From Mobula hypostoma (Eukaryota): DNA of 64,000 bases. Both the position numbers and the translations under genes were made by a program. Under the pieces are notes generated by a model that saw nothing but the letters and a program-made list of their open reading frames with translations, made no database searches and had not been told where the DNA came from. The stretch lies in NCBI RefSeq assembly GCF_963921235.1, contig NC_086108.1:34040001-34104000 (forward strand). Direction: 5' to 3'. Shown piece after piece: positions 1 through 13,584 of the stretch (positions within the stretch are counted from its first letter, which is position 1; the number at the start of each line of letters is the position of its first letter).

Positions 1-192
1 AAGCATGTGCTACCGGGCCGTGAGGAAACAATATGATTTGGCAATATGAAACGATATGAGTCAGCTGCACCTTTCTTCATTCCCTGTCACACACTGTTGA
101 ACTTGAACACCACCCCACCCCAGTCGGCCAGTCCGCAAGAATATTGTCAATATTAAACAGGTCCACGGTGCAAAAAAGATTAGGGACCCCTG
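1..192. mobile_element. hAT (Charlie-like) MITE, right-hand end; truncated by window start
   Basis: Ends in GGTCCACGGTGCAAAAAAGATTAGGGACCCCTG, the reverse complement of a CAGGGGTCCC-type hAT terminal inverted repeat. Same end type as the hAT MITEs at 23568 and 55740. Confidence 0.65.
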
Positions 193-435
193 ATGTATGC
201 CATTTACATACATTTACATATAACCCACAATATATCAAGTAAATAACAAAGAATGCTTAATCAAAAAATATATTTACAATATCACTCAAATGTTATACTG
301 AAATGATAAGGACGTGTTTGGGCAGCCTGCAAATTTCGGCACACTTTCCAACACCAACACAGCGTGCCCACAATGCTTGTCGGAATAGCACAGACCACAG
401 CAAAACACAACATACCAAGCAACCAAAGCAAAAAC

Positions 436-620
436 TGATGGAATATACCCCAGATTATTGAAAGGGGTAAGAGGAGATTGCTGGCAACTTGACCAATATC
501 TTTGTGTTCTCCCTAGCCACGGACAAGTTCCTAGAGGACTACTGAGTAGCTAATGCTGTTCCACTATTCAGGATGGAAACAAGGGATAATCCTGGAAACT
601 ATAGACTAGTAAGTCTCACG
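436..620 (+). mobile_element. CR1 LINE ORF2 fragment
   Basis: Degenerate DGIYPRLL...EIAG...PEDW..ANAVPLF...DNPGNYRLVSL segment, homologous to the CR1 copies at 14618 and 61675. Confidence 0.75.
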
Positions 621-624
621 TCAA

Positions 625-1695
625 TAGTATATTCTTGCAGACATACTCAATAAATCGAATAACCATAATAGAATCAATGAAAGACCGCACCATCAGGGTG
701 GAAAAGCAGTGTGCAAAAGACAAAAAAAATGTGCTAATACAAAGGTTAAAACAAAATGCAACAAATGTTGAGAACATGAGATGAAGAGTCCTTGAAAGTG
801 AGTCCATACATTACAGGGACAGTTTAATGATGGGGCAAGTGAAGTTGAGTAAAGTTATCCCCTTTGTTTTAAGACTGATGATGAAGAGGTAAGAACTGTT
901 TCTGAACCTGGTGGTGTGAGTCCTGAGACTCCCATACCTTCTTCTTGATGGCAGCAGCAAGAAAGTGTCATGACATGGTTGGTGAGGGTCCTCGATGACA
1001 GATGCAGCTTTAAGAGGCTGGTCTGACATAACGATGTATTTACATAAAAGGTTTTTAGTACACTTTGAGTTCAGTGTTTATGGTGTTCAATTAATGAGTT
1101 ACTACGGTTTTTCTGAAACATAAAACACCTCCGCTATTTTATTTGTAAAAAACTACAGAGGCACTGCCGTGCTTTCTTTGCAATTGCCCTTCCCTGCTGG
1201 CCCCAGGATAGTTCGACTGAAATGATAACACAGAGGAATTTAAAGTTGCTGACCCTCTCCGTCTCTGAACCCTGATGAGGACTGGCACATGAGCCTCTAG
1301 TTTTCTTCTCCTGAAGTCAATAATCAGCTCCTTGGTCTTGCTGACATTGAGTAAGCAGTTGTTGTGGCACCAGTTTGCCAGATTTTAAATCTCCCTCCTA
1401 TATGCTGATACATCACCACCTTTGATTCGGCCTGTGTCAGCAAACTTAAATATGGCATTGGCGCTATGTTTAGCCACACAGTCATGAGAGTAAAGTGAGT
1501 AGAACAGGGGCTAAGCACGCAGCCTTGTGGTGCACCTGTGCTGATGGAGATCATGGAGGAGATGTTGTCGCCATTCTGAACTGACTGGGGTTTGCAAGTG
1601 AGGAAATGAAGAATCCAATTGCACAAGAAGATTTTGAGGCCAAGGTCTTGAAGCTTACTAATTATTTTTGAGGGTATGATAGTATTGAATGCCAA
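625..1695 (-). mobile_element. Rex1/Babar-type LINE, RT and 3' fragments (interrupted near 1030-1160)
   Basis: ORF 1324..1719 contains [19 protein letters not shown]...CNWILHFLT...[12 protein letters not shown] (RT motifs). 811..1029 carries the degenerate EDPHQP..HDTFLLLPSRRRYGSLRT C-terminus. Confidence 0.8.
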
Positions 1696-1699
1696 TAAT

Positions 1700-3770
1700 T
1701 GGAAACTTTTCTGGGGCACAGGTGACCTGTACCAGAGGGACAGGTTACACCTAAGAAGGAGGGAAACGAATATCCCAGCCAGGTGGTTCAGTAGTGGGAG
1801 AGTTTAAACTTGTTTGGCAGGAGGATGGGAGCCAAAGCACCAGGTCAGAAAGTGAAGTGATGGAGAGGAAGGGAGATGTCAGAGCCAGTGAAGACAGGCA
1901 GGAGCAAAGTAATAGATACGATGAGATGGATAGTTTGGTGTGTGTAACTTAATTTGGGCATCGAGGAAGAGAGGAAGGGGAGAGCCATCTGCAGTACCAC
2001 CGATGCAGCAGAGAGGGCCTCAGGAATACTGTGGCTCAAAAGAGGGGAGCCATGGAGTCATAAATAGCTAGCCATCTGGACACAAGCTGGGGTCTGATCA
2101 GCCCTGGCTGGGTCACCTGGAGAAGGGTGTATGATGTTGAAAGACCTGAAAGACCCGATAATTCCAGGAACATCACTAAAGATGTGTCCAGAGGCATCAG
2201 TAGATATATGTACACAGCAATGCTAAGAGTATTATGGGTAAAGGTGATGAACCTAGAGCATGGATCAGTACATGGAACTATGATTTGTGACCATTATGGA
2301 AACTTGGTTGAAAGAGGGATGGGAATGGATGCTTAATATCGTAGGGTTTTTATTTTTTAGAAAAGATAGAGAGGAAAGTAAAAGAGGTGGGAAAGTTACA
2401 CTACAAATCAGGACAATATTACAGCTGCACCCTGAGGGAACATAATAGAAGGCTCATCCACTGAATCCATACGGATAGACTTCAAAAATAGGTAGGGTTC
2501 AATCACTCTGATGGGATTGAACCACAGACCCTGCACCCCCCAGTAGCCATTGGGTCATTGAGGAACAGATATGCAGGCAGATTAGGAAAGGTGTAAAAAC
2601 AATAAGGTTGTTGTACGGGAGACTTTAACTTCCCTAGTATAAATTGGGACCTGCTTAGTGCAAGTGTTTTAGATGGAGTAGAATTTGTTGGGTGCATCCA
2701 GGAGGATTTCATAAATCAATATGTATGTAGTCCAACAAGAAGAGAGGCTGTACTAGACCTGGTGTTGGGTAATGAGCCTGGACAGGTGACTAACCTTTCA
2801 GTGGGAGAACAGTGATCACAACTCCTTAAGTTTTAAGATGGCTTTGGATAAAGATAAGTAATGACCTCGTGGGAAAGTATTAAACTGGAGCAATGTGAAT
2901 TATGGGAGTATTAGGTAGGAACTACGAGAGTTAATTGGGAACAGCTGTTTTTGGGCAATTCCACACCCAACATGCGGAGGTGTTTAAAGACCAATTGCAC
3001 AGAACACCGATCAGGAATGTTCCAGTTAGAAGGAAGGACAAGGCTGGCAAGGCAGGAGAACCTTGGAAGTTGAGAGAGGTGATGAATTTAGTCAAGAAGG
3101 AGATGTATGTAAAGCTTGTGAAGCTAATGTCAAACAAAGCCCTTGAGAATTACAAAAAAAAACAGAAAAGAACAGGAAGTGAATTAGGGAAGCAAGGAGG
3201 AGCCATGCAAAGTCCTTAGCAGGTAGGATTAAAGAGAATCCAAAGTCATTCTATCAATACATCAAGAGCAAGAGGATGGCTGGGGAGAGGATAGGACCAC
3301 TCAACGATAAAGACGGAAACATTTGCTTGAATGCAGAGGATGTGGTGATGTCCTTAATGAGTACTTTACATTAATGTTTATCGAGGAGAAGGAAGTGGAG
3401 AGCAGTGGGATTGGTGCTGAGCAGATAGCTAAGCTAAGGCATTTTGAGGTAAAGGAGGAGGTAGAGTTTGGTCTCTAAAAGAGTATTAAGGTGGATGCCC
3501 CTGGTCCTGATGGGATATACCCCAACTTGTTGATAGAGGCAAGAGAAGAGATTGTTGGGCCTTTGACCAATATCTTCGTGTCCTCTCTAGCCACAGGTGA
3601 GGTCCCGGAGGACTAGTGAATAGCTAATATTGTTCCATTAGTTAAGAAAGGGACACGGGATTATCCTGGAAATTTTTGAACAATGAGTCTCACGCCAGTG
3701 GTAGGGAAATTATTAGAGAGAATTCTTAGGGATAGGATTTATGAGCATTCGAAATCCATGGCCTTTTTAG
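1700..3770 (+). mobile_element. Degenerate CR1 LINE (ORF1 esterase remnant, endonuclease, start of RT)
   Basis: [19 protein letters not shown] ORF1 piece at about 1707. GDFNFP..NW, PTRREAVLDLVLGNEPGQV endonuclease motifs at 2617-2790. Further ORF2 remnants run to 3770, with many stops and frameshifts. Confidence 0.8.
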
Positions 3771-6089
3771 TAGCATGAAGCTGGACCACAGTGTCCTCCA
3801 ACAATAAAGGTTTATGGTGATTTTCTGGAAAACATGCGGATCTTCTCTTATCTCTGGACTGTGTTGGTTCTGCTTTTGTTTGCCTTACTAAACTGCAACA
3901 CACCATATTTATCTGAATTAAACTCCAATTAGACTCCCATAAACCTCAGACCTATGGTCACCAACAGAGGAAGAGGAGTATTCAAGACAATGTTGAGAAC
4001 CATGAGTTCCTGCATTGGGAGCACTCGGTAGAAGGTGCAGGTCACCTCACAAATGTTCACCTACCCACCCCATTAGCTGAATCTGCCCTATCTGTAGAAA
4101 AGTCTATGATTAACATTATGATGTTTTGAGGCAACTCTGAACTTACAGATGCACTGTTGTTATGTTGTTAGGTAGGTAGTTGTAGGGTTTAGCCCTAGTG
4201 ACAAGAAAGGAACAACAATCTATTTTCCAAAGCACATTAGTGGTTGACTTGGAAGGGAGACCTGCAGGTAATGGTGAAAGTCTTTGAAAGATGATGTCAT
4301 GCCACACACATGAACCCTCAGCACCCAATTGTAACAACTATCCACATCTGACATATGGAATCAAAGTCAACTCGAGTTTCATGATACTGGAGCTTTAACA
4401 ATGGAATCAATGGTGCCACAACATGCTTGTAGGCAGAATAGGAACTGCAGAAAATGCAATGTTAAATGTAAAGTTTACTTATGGGAGGAAAAGTAATAGT
4501 TATGAGGTTGATAGAGCTAAAAGAAAATGGCTAAAATACATTTTGGGATAATCATGGAATTCATGCATAATGCAGGATAGCAAACAGCAATGGAAAGAGA
4601 ATGTGGAAACGTACATTGCTTTTTTAGCTGTGTAAGTCTGAAGAAATCAACACCACATTACACTATGCTGCCGTCAGATCATATCCAAGATCTTTGGTTG
4701 ATTTGGTTGCCAGGGAAATGGGAACAAGCCAATCAAGCATTGAAAGTAGAGCAGAACATGGCCATGAGGGAATAACAGCAAGAACAGAATTTATTTCTGA
4801 TCCCCATTTATGACTGTTTCTGCTTGAAGCCTTGTTGCCCATGTGAGAAAAGTTCTCCCACCGCAGCTGGAAATAGTTACTCAAAGGCTATCACTGACGT
4901 AGCTGTTTCAATAGTTTAAGTTCCAAGGCTTCAATTGTAAGGTAAAATGCAAAGGTTTCACACCATGCATATTAGCCAACAGCTGGCTTTTCAAGCATCT
5001 CCATGTGAATATCTGAATGCTTAGTTTACAATTGTAAAACAAACTTTACTAACTACACTGTCTTCTGCCGAATCACAATTGCTCATTTTAAAACTCATGA
5101 AAACAATTATAAGAAGACAACAAAGGGAGATTGTATGAGACTTGTACTTTAGTATAGTGAGCTGTGTGCAAAACTTCCTTGCAATTGAAATATTTCCATC
5201 CTCCTCCCCCACCAACCCCTAATTCTTGGAAGCCTATGAGTCATCACCACTCAAATGGAGGAAAAGTATTTGAGATGGTGTTGAGAACCTCAAGACCATG
5301 CATTGAATGCAGAGCGAAGCCACAAATAAGAAGCAGAAAGAGGAAACCACTTCACAACCTTTGAACCCACTCACCCTGTCAATTACCCCCTGCCTTTTTT
5401 GTGGAAGAGATAGCTCTTCAGGCTTGGATGGGGAGCCAGAGAGCATTGAACTCTGAGGTTTTTAGAGCACCTGAACTAGTTAATTGATGTTTAACAAAAG
5501 TGTTTAATTGTTGAGAGTTCCTTGTATTTTTTTTCCTGAGTGACTTGCTCTTTGTAATACAGTGTCCTGGTGCTTTCTGTTTAAGCTTGTTAAGTTTATT
5601 TTGATAGTTTCAGAGATTCAGTGTTGCTTGTATTATTTAGGCGGATGCCTAATTAGCACTAATTGTGGGGTCCTAGTTCTGAGAATGTGACATCTCACGG
5701 AGTCACTTGGTCGAGTCACCAACGTTCTGTTGGAGTCCTTATGAATAAATTCTGGTGGCCATCTCTGCATTGGAGTCTGTCTTTCCTCTGCACTTGGGTT
5801 CTGACTTTGCCAGCACACATCGTGAGACTGTCGTTCCTACTTTGACTTCATCAGTGACCTCAGAAACCTCAAAAGTGGAGTGGATGTCATTCTTCATCAC
5901 AAGGGACTGCCTGAAAAGGATATTGTAAATATTGATGAACTTAGGTAAAGGACAAGACAAATATTTAAAATAATTCAATGGTTCTGTGTGATAGCAGTGT
6001 CTTATACCTAAACAAGGGAGACTGCTAGTGCTGACTAGCATAGACTGGGAACACAGGCTACATGGTGGGACAGTTGAGAACAGCGGAAG

Positions 6090-7005
6090 ATTTTCAAATA
6101 CCTTTTCTTCATGGTGCTCAACAGAACTATATTCCAGTTAAAAGCAAGGACAGTAAGGTAGGGAGAGCCAGCCTTGGATAACTAAGGAAATAAAAGATAG
6201 CATCAAACTAAAAGCTCATGTGTACAATGTTACCAAGAGCAGCAGGAAACTGGAAGATTGGGAAAACTTTAAAATCAACAAAAATTCACTCAGCAAAAAA
6301 TAAGGATATTGGAAGATAGATTATGAGCAGAAACTATCCTGAGATATAAAAGCAAATAGTAAAAGTTTTTAATAATTAAATAGAATGGAAAATTGTGGCT
6401 AAAGTGAACATAGGCCCCTTGAAGATGAGAAGGAAAATTAATATTGAGTAACGTGGAATTTAAGAGCAGGAAGGTTATGCTCCAACTGTACGGTGTACTA
6501 GTGAGGCCACACCTGGAGTATTGCATGTAGTTCTGGGGTTACTTGAGGAATGATATACTGTCCTTAGAGTCAGTGCAGAAAAGGTCATCAGGTTGATTCT
6601 GAAGACGAGGGGTTCACCTGTGAGGAAAGATTGAGTCTCCTGGGACTATACTCACTGGAATTCAGAAAAATCAGGGTGAATCTTATTGAAACATATATAA
6701 CTTCAAAAAGGATAGACAAGATAGAAATAGGAAAGTTCTTTCCACTGGTAACTGAGACTAGAACTAGGGGACGTAGCCTCAAGGTCTGGGGGATTTCTCT
6801 GCCCAGGAAAGCTGGAGAAGCTATTTCATTAAATATATTTAACACACAGTTAGATGGAGTTTTGCATAGCAGCGTAATTAAGGGTTATAGAGAAAAGGGA
6901 GGTAGGTCCACGGTCAGCTCATCCATGATGTTATTGAATGGCAGAGCAAAATTGATGGGCCAGATGGCCTACAGCTGCTCCTATTTCTTATTTTCTTATA
7001 ATGAA
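6090..7005 (+). mobile_element. CR1 LINE, internally deleted, with 3' end
   Basis: VRPHLEYC motif at about 6500. ORF 6631..7020 (LGLYSLEFRKIRVNLIETY...TRTRG). 3' tail GGGCCAGATGGCCTAC...TCTTAT. Confidence 0.8.
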
Positions 7006-8199
7006 TTACAGAAGCTTTAAAAAATATCATCCAATCCCATTAATGCCATAATGTATTTGTGTCTATTCTAAGAAATGGCAAAATAAATTTTCCTCCTTTA
7101 TGGATGTGAAAGATCTTCCATTATTTGTGTGTTTTGTGTTTTTGTTTAACAATATATTAGATTTTCCCAAGCCTACGTTTTTGCACCAGTGTTGATCTAC
7201 TTTGTTGTTGTTTAGTCCAAGCTAACGTGGATAGTCTAGATCTGTCTTGTTGTGAGGCCGTTCTGTTTATGTATTTTATGATTATGTGAACTGAATCAGT
7301 GATTGACTTATTTGGCGCTATACCCCATTTTGTGCTTTCATGGAACCTCCACGCTTAAACTTTTTAAACATTCAGTTCTGCATTTCAATTTGTTCTGTTA
7401 ATTCTTTGCAAAATGCCCCTATAACAGACAGAAATAGTGATAATACATAGTTAAGAGATTTTGTGAATGTTTCTAATTGAGTTGGGACCAATTGTTAGCG
7501 AAGCGTATTCAGCATCATTTTCCTAACAGCTCACCTAAATGATGCCAACACTAGCGTTAAGCCCAAAATAGAAAAAGGCAAAATTGAGGACAAAAAGTTG
7601 AAGGCAGGTCAGGAAATGTCTATGGACAGAGAAGTAATCTCACAGATACTGCCTGGTTTGTTGAGCGTTTCCTTTACAATATTTTTAAATCTTAATTAAG
7701 CTTTCCAGCATTTGTTTTTTTAATTTTTTGTGTAATGTCCAAAATTTACTTCTCATGAGTTTGTTGATTCTATTGGTCTGAATCACAACTGGTTCTGTTC
7801 TTTCTCAATAAAAGCAGCTTTTATTAACATTGGAGCTTTATTTGGAGTGATATGCACAGATTCAGGGCTCACCTCATCAGCAGACTTGGGTAGAATGCTG
7901 CATTATTCACTGACAAACCCCAGAAAGACCAATCCAATTTGGGATCCTAGTCACCACCTGCTCCAGGTGTTATCGGCAGGCCCCCACTCAAATTTAAATG
8001 GCCAAAAAATGCCGAAGAAATCCTTAAACAACTGTAGACAAACATCTGACAAAGGAGCTGTCTTTTACTGGCAGGAAGATGTACATACGGAAAGCATGCC
8101 CCCATGAAAGTCTGCACTTTTGGGAACTCTGCTCTACAACCAAATACCCTTTGGGTGCAAAAGTCACAATGACTGAATATGAAAGATCTTCCACTTAAA

Positions 8200-8730
8200 T
8201 ACAACTATGAGCAGCAATAAATCACACAGGCAGAGCTCTGTGAGGGTCCTCAGGCAAGGTTTCTTAAAAGGAGATTTATACTGACTTTGACGAAGAGAAT
8301 GCAGGCATTTGTGCTTGTTAACTGGTCAAACATTGAGCAGCAAACAAACACCAGCACCTACAAAGATCCCGTAAATTGGAGAGAGAGGAGTATTCAAATC
8401 TCACTAATGCTCAGGGAGGCTACACCATCAGATTCAAGGACAGCTTCTATCCTGCTGTTATCCGACTCTTGAAGTCCCTCATATGCTAAAAGATGAATCT
8501 CCCAACTTACTTTGTAGTGGCACTTGCACTGTGTTTGCCTGCCTGCACTGCACTCTTTCTGTATCTGCAATTATATATTCTGCATTTTGTTTTCCTTCCC
8601 TGTATCTGTAATACTATATTCTGTATTTTGTTTTCTTTTTATTTTAACCACCTCGATATACTCGTGTATAGAAAGATCTGTCTGGAGAGCATGATTTTCA
8701 CTATATCTAGGTACATATGGCAGACAGAAC
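8200..8730 (+). mobile_element. Degenerate Rex1/Babar LINE 3' region
   Basis: CCATCAGATTCAAGGACAGCTTCTATCCTGCTGTTATCCGACTCTTGAA is the typical end of ORF2, followed by a T-rich 3' UTR like other copies in the window. Confidence 0.5.
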
Positions 8731-9042
8731 TAATTCCTGCAAAAGGTGTTCTTCAGAAGCCTGTACAGATTCTCTGCTCTCCCATTCCCATCACTGCTCT
8801 CATTCCTCCCCAGCATCTCTTGTTCGCTAAGCATGTCCAGGATAAGAAAAAAATAACCACAGGAAAAGCTATTTAAAAGGATTATCCAACATTGTAGGTT
8901 GGTTGCCAATTGATTTTTGCTGGCCGGTGACATAATTTCCTCATTGCCTGGGACTTTCCAACTGTGTTAAGGATTACTGAAGTGATGGAGCTCAATGGTC
9001 TTTTTTTCCGCTTCAGGACCCGGTTGTGTCACAAACCCAAGA

Positions 9043-9415
9043 AAATCTGCAAATGCTGGAAATCCAAAGCTGCACACGCAAGATGCTGGAGGAACTCAGC
9101 AGGCCAGGCAGCATCTATGGAAAAGAGTAAACGGTCGACGTTGTGGGCCGAGACCCTTCTTCAGTACTGGGAGGGAAGTGGGGAGATGCTTGATTTAAAA
9201 GGTGGGGGCAGGGGGAAAGAGGATAGCTGGAAGGTGATAGGTGAAGCCAGATGGGTGGGAAAGGACAAGGGCTGGAGAAGAAAGAATCTGTCAGTAGTTA
9301 TTCCATTTGGAGAACATCATCCCTCAGGGAATGAGCAGAGGATGCGTAAACAACACACACAAAATGCTGGAAGAACTCAGCAGGTCAGGCAGATTTTCCA
9401 GCATCTCCTGTTTGT
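9043..9415 (-). mobile_element. Penelope-like element pLTR fragments
   Basis: Matches the 24594-25765 element (TGCTGGAGGAACTCAGCAGGCCAGGCAGCATC...GTCGACGTT..GGCCGAGACCCTTC). The hammerhead GAAAC is mutated here. Confidence 0.75.
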
Positions 9416-11049
9416 GAGAGGATATGTAAAGCCTATTTGGTTGTTAGATGAAGTGGGGAAGGGGGGCTCACAGTTAAAGGCCATATCCGCTCTTTCTCCT
9501 GCCTGAACATTAGTGCAAAGCAGTGAATGAAGTGTGTGCTTCACTGAAGTCTGCTCTCTGCTTCAGCAGGTTCTTCGACATCAGAGTCAGCATATCCATG
9601 ACTTCTAGGGTGTTGATGTTCATGGTTGTTTGGAAATTATGTAATGCATATGCACCACATCAGAGTTTGTTACCTTAGTTGCATGAAACCAATGTTGCAT
9701 TCTGTTCCATGTGGCCTGACTGCTTCATTCCTTTTTACTAGAGAATTATAGTTCGGCTGAAAACACTCAACAAGAATTGTAGTTTCCCAATGGTGCAGGG
9801 TGCCATTTTGCACAGAGGTCACTGCATACTGAGCTGGCCTGGTGTATATAGGTGGTCCCTAGGTTATGACGAGGTTCTATTCCTGATATCTGTTCCTAAT
9901 TCGGTAATGAATGAAAACAATGCTTGGGAGAGGATGACAGAAACAGCAGAGGCAGGAGAATGAGCAGAAACAGAGAGTGGCTGCCAGTGAGTGAATCAGT
10001 CTGCTTAGCCATTCCCAGCCTTGCTCAGTGCGACCCAATCCCGGATTGTTGCAGCTTGGCGGGGGAGGGGGAGGAAAGGTTGAGGAGAGAGGGCACATAA
10101 AAATGCCATTTCCACCCAGATGAAGATGCCTGCAGATCTATAGTAGCTGGCAAATTCATCCTGCCCATCTCTCAAATGCCTGAAGAAATGACACCCTATC
10201 CATTCTGAAAAAGACCACTTGCAATCCTGCGGTATCTGGTAAACCCATCCCCATCCATCCTGCCATTCTCCCAATCACTTGATCGTATGAACAGGTATTC
10301 GTACCACGGGGAGGACCTGTAATTCCAGCAAATGGCATTCTACTACCTCAGCCTCCAGCTGGTGTGAATCAAGTGCAGCAAATTTTGCAGTTCAATAGTT
10401 GGTCTCTTCAGGCATTCGTTCCACAGCAGTCTACTTTGCTAACTGTATTTAAGCCATTGTGGCAAACTAACTGATTAGCCATGGGGCACCAGGGACTGCT
10501 TGCCAACAACCTGGCTAATGACATTGGTGTGCAGGCACGCTGGTGAAAACTGTGCTGCCACATGAAACACAAATCAGCAAACCAGAAATATTAACATTCT
10601 GATTGTCCACAGTGCTCCAGAGGGACTCTGCAGTACATAGAGAGCAAACGTCGAAATTTGTGGTGGATTGCTGCGTACTCTGTCCCCATAAAGGCAAGCC
10701 TCTGCCAGCAGCTTTGTAGCAATTGTCTGAGACGATGGACAAGCAATAGGAAGGAGGGGAGGAGACAAGCTGGGCCCCTGCCATATTCAACTCAATTGTA
10801 ACTCGAGGCCACTCCCTACTCCTCTCCTCCTGCTGTAGCTGACCATTCTAAGTCCTCCTGACTACAATGCAAAAATCCAGTACAGCATCCTAATCAAATT
10901 CACAAATGTGATAATGCCGTATTATCTGCAAAACCTAACTGATCACATTTGTATAATCCCTTCATTTTGTGTCTTTGCCTGCCTCAGGGCACCGATACAG
11001 TCTTGCATCAAAGTTCCTGTTGCCTGCGAGCAGAAAAGACTGCAGTTCA

Positions 11050-11190
11050 AAAACAGGAGATGTTCTACAGATGCTGGAAATACAAACCAACACACACAAA
11101 ATACTGCAGGAACTCAGGAGGTCAGGCAGCATCTGTGGAAATGAATAAACAGTCAACGTTTCAGCCCAAGACCCTTCTTCAGGACAGATC
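11050..11190 (-). mobile_element. Penelope-like pLTR fragment with hammerhead motif
   Basis: The minus strand reads GTC-CTGAAGA-AGGGTCTTGGGCT-GAAAC-GTT-GAC, followed by the conserved pLTR tail. Confidence 0.7.
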
Positions 11191-11612
11191 GACTTGGTGC
11201 ATGATCTTGAAGACCGGGTCAAACTTCAGATTGTGACATCTCAGCATGCAAAGTGATTGAACGTTATCGGCTCGGCATTTAGATCCTTTGGAGTTTGAAC
11301 CTTGATATTAATCTACATGGTTATCAATCCTATAACCCTTCACAATTTTCCTCAGCCTCCATAGAGAAAGAGCTTATTTATTTCCTTTACTAATGTTTGC
11401 ATTAAGTCTTGATCAGGTTAAATAAGTACTGCTTATCACATTCCCTGTGAGGGTGGGTGAGAGTGACTATCTGTATTGTGGGAGTAGTCTTGATGAGTGG
11501 TACCCCTCGCTCTGAATTTTCTCAAGCATTTCTTACTTTATAGCTAATTTGTACCTCAAGAATTTGGTTATCATCAGCACGCAGTATTGTTAGAAATATT
11601 ACCTTTATACAT

Positions 11613-12063
11613 TACTGTACAAAAGTCTTGTTCAAATGTAAAAAAAATTCTGCAAGGAAAAGATGCGTTTAAAAATAATGGAATTAAATTACCTAAATAT
11701 CAAAATAATTACTATAAAGAGTTGTGAACAGTTAAAAAAAAACTAACTCTAATCAATATTTGGTGTAACCACGCTTTAAAACTGCATCAATTCTCTTAGG
11801 TACACTGTCACGTAGTTTTATAAGAAAATGACTGGTAGGTTGTTCTAAGCACCTTGGAGAACTTGCCACAGTTTCTCTGCAGACTTTAGCTGTCTCACCT
11901 GCTTCTGTCCAGGTAATCCCAGACAGCCTCGATGATGTTGAGATCAGTGCTCTGTGAAGGCCATACCATCTGAAACCATATAATAGTTATAGTCATACTT
12001 TATTGATCCCGGGGGAAATTGGTTAATCATCTGGGGTGCCTAAGATTTTAGCACAGAACTGTA
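11613..12063 (-). mobile_element. Non-autonomous Tc1-derived element
   Basis: Terminal inverted repeats TACTGTACAAAAGTCTT / AAGATTTTAGCACAGAACTGTA. Internal minus-strand WPSQSTDLNIIEAVW transposase remnant at about 11920-11968. Confidence 0.7.
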
Positions 12064-12364
12064 AAGAATAATTCATTCAAAAACAAACATATTTAACTTT
12101 TACACAGATTACTCAATATATCCTTGTTTTATTTCCATACTAAACTGGGGCAAGGTCATATTTTTTGATTAAAACATTGTAAAGGCATTTCCTTTTCACC
12201 AGACTAATTCATTTGCTTTAAAATAAAACAGCTGTTTATTTTTTTTTGGTTTAGGTTATTGCATTTTTCTTACATAAATTGAAAAAAGACAGTATCATAT
12301 CCCAATAACTTCTCAAAAAAACACTTGGCATCAATTCCAGGAAAAAAAATGACAAGTAGAGTAG

Positions 12365-12585
12365 GCAGTACATACAAAAAATACTGGTGAACGCAGCAGG
12401 CCAGGCAGCATCAACAGGAAGAGGTACAGCCGACGTTTCGGGCCGAGACCCTTTGTCAGGACCCTTCACCAGCATCTTGGCCTGAAATGTCGAATGTTTA
12501 CTTGATGCTGCCTGGCCTGTTGAATTCCTCAAGCATTTTGTGTGCATGGAGTTGATTTCCAGCATTTGCAGATTTTCTCTAGTCT
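12365..12585. mobile_element. Short inverted pair of Penelope-like pLTR ends
   Basis: Left arm is minus-strand (hammerhead core CTGACAA, mutated). Right arm is plus-strand (GGCCTGAAATGTCGA...GATGCTGCCTGGCCTG...TTCCAGCATTTGCAGA). Confidence 0.7.
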
Positions 12586-12804
12586 GGGTTTTGAAACAAT
12601 AGTTATGGTACAATTTGCTCAAATTGTCCCAAATAGGAATAACCTTAATGTAATTGAAAATTACAGCCTGTAAAACCTAAAATAAATTCATAAAAATTGT
12701 CAATTTATTTCTGCTGGAACGCCGTTTTATCTTGATTTATTTTCATTTCTTCTCTTTTCTTAACCTGCTCCCTTTCCTGTTTTGTGCTGTTTTTAAGAGA
12801 TGAT

Positions 12805-13206
12805 CCAGAATTAAAGTCAGGTTTAATATCACTGGCATATGTTGTGAACTATGCTGTTTTACAGCAGGATTACATTCTAAATTAAAAATTATAAATTGCA
12901 TTAAGAAATATATAAAAATTTTAAATTAAATAGGTACTGCAAAAAGAGAACAAAAAAGAAAAAAAACAGTGAGGTAGTATACATGAATTCATTGTCCATT
13001 CTGAAATCTCATGGCGGTGGAGAAGAAACTGTTGCTAATACGCTGAGTGTGTGCCTTCAGGCTCCTGTACTCCATCCTCGATGGTAGTAGTGAGAAGAGG
13101 GCATGTCCTGGGTGATGGGCGTCTTAATGATGTATGCCAACTTTTTGAGGTATCTCCTTTTGATGATTTCTTTGATGCTTGGGAGGCTAGTGTCTGGGAT
13201 AGAGCT
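12805..13206 (-). mobile_element. Rex1/Babar LINE 3' half (host of the Gypsy insertion)
   Basis: Minus-strand SSIPDTSLPSIKEIIKRRYLKK... followed by the 3' tail (reverse complement of AGTCAGGTTTAATATCACTGGCATATG). Ends at the Gypsy target site GAGCT (13202-13206). Confidence 0.8.
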
Positions 13207-13415
13207 TGTGATGCTTAGATCTATTTCTTTTAGAGTGATGATGTCCCCTGCACCCAGCACTTTGTATAGGCTGTTGTCTACGCATGCACATTGATCTGTT
13301 GTCTGTGCACGTGCATTGTTCTTTCTCTCACTTATTGCAATGTGAATACACCATTTAAAGCCATCTCCTACGTACGTGCCTTTATATAATTGATAAGTAG
13401 TTACAAAGTCACAAA
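13207..13415 (+). repeat. Gypsy 5' LTR
   Basis: Starts with TGT right after GAGCT. Aligns by eye with the reverse complement of 18900-19071 (shared CTTTTAGAG, CTGTTGTCTA, TTAAAGCCATCTCC, TGCCTTTA, AATTGAT blocks). Confidence 0.8.
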
Positions 13416-13584
13416 GTGGGAATGAATATGTCAGGGAACATCACCGACTGCGCCAACAGCTATGGGATGACTACAGGATGAAACAGTGACAGGAAAGAGT
13501 TAAACAATACAGAGAAAGCCGTCACAGAAACTAATAAAGGGACGCGTGGATAACTGTATAGTACACTGTACACTCAAAAGTGAA

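Noticed and set aside
8950..8959. Canonical NF-kB site GGGACTTTCC
   Set aside because: A single motif 24 kb from the promoter with no supporting context.
8964..9506. 180-aa ORF
   Set aside because: Antisense read-through of Penelope pLTR fragments. The same peptide motifs recur at other copies (24609, 25464).
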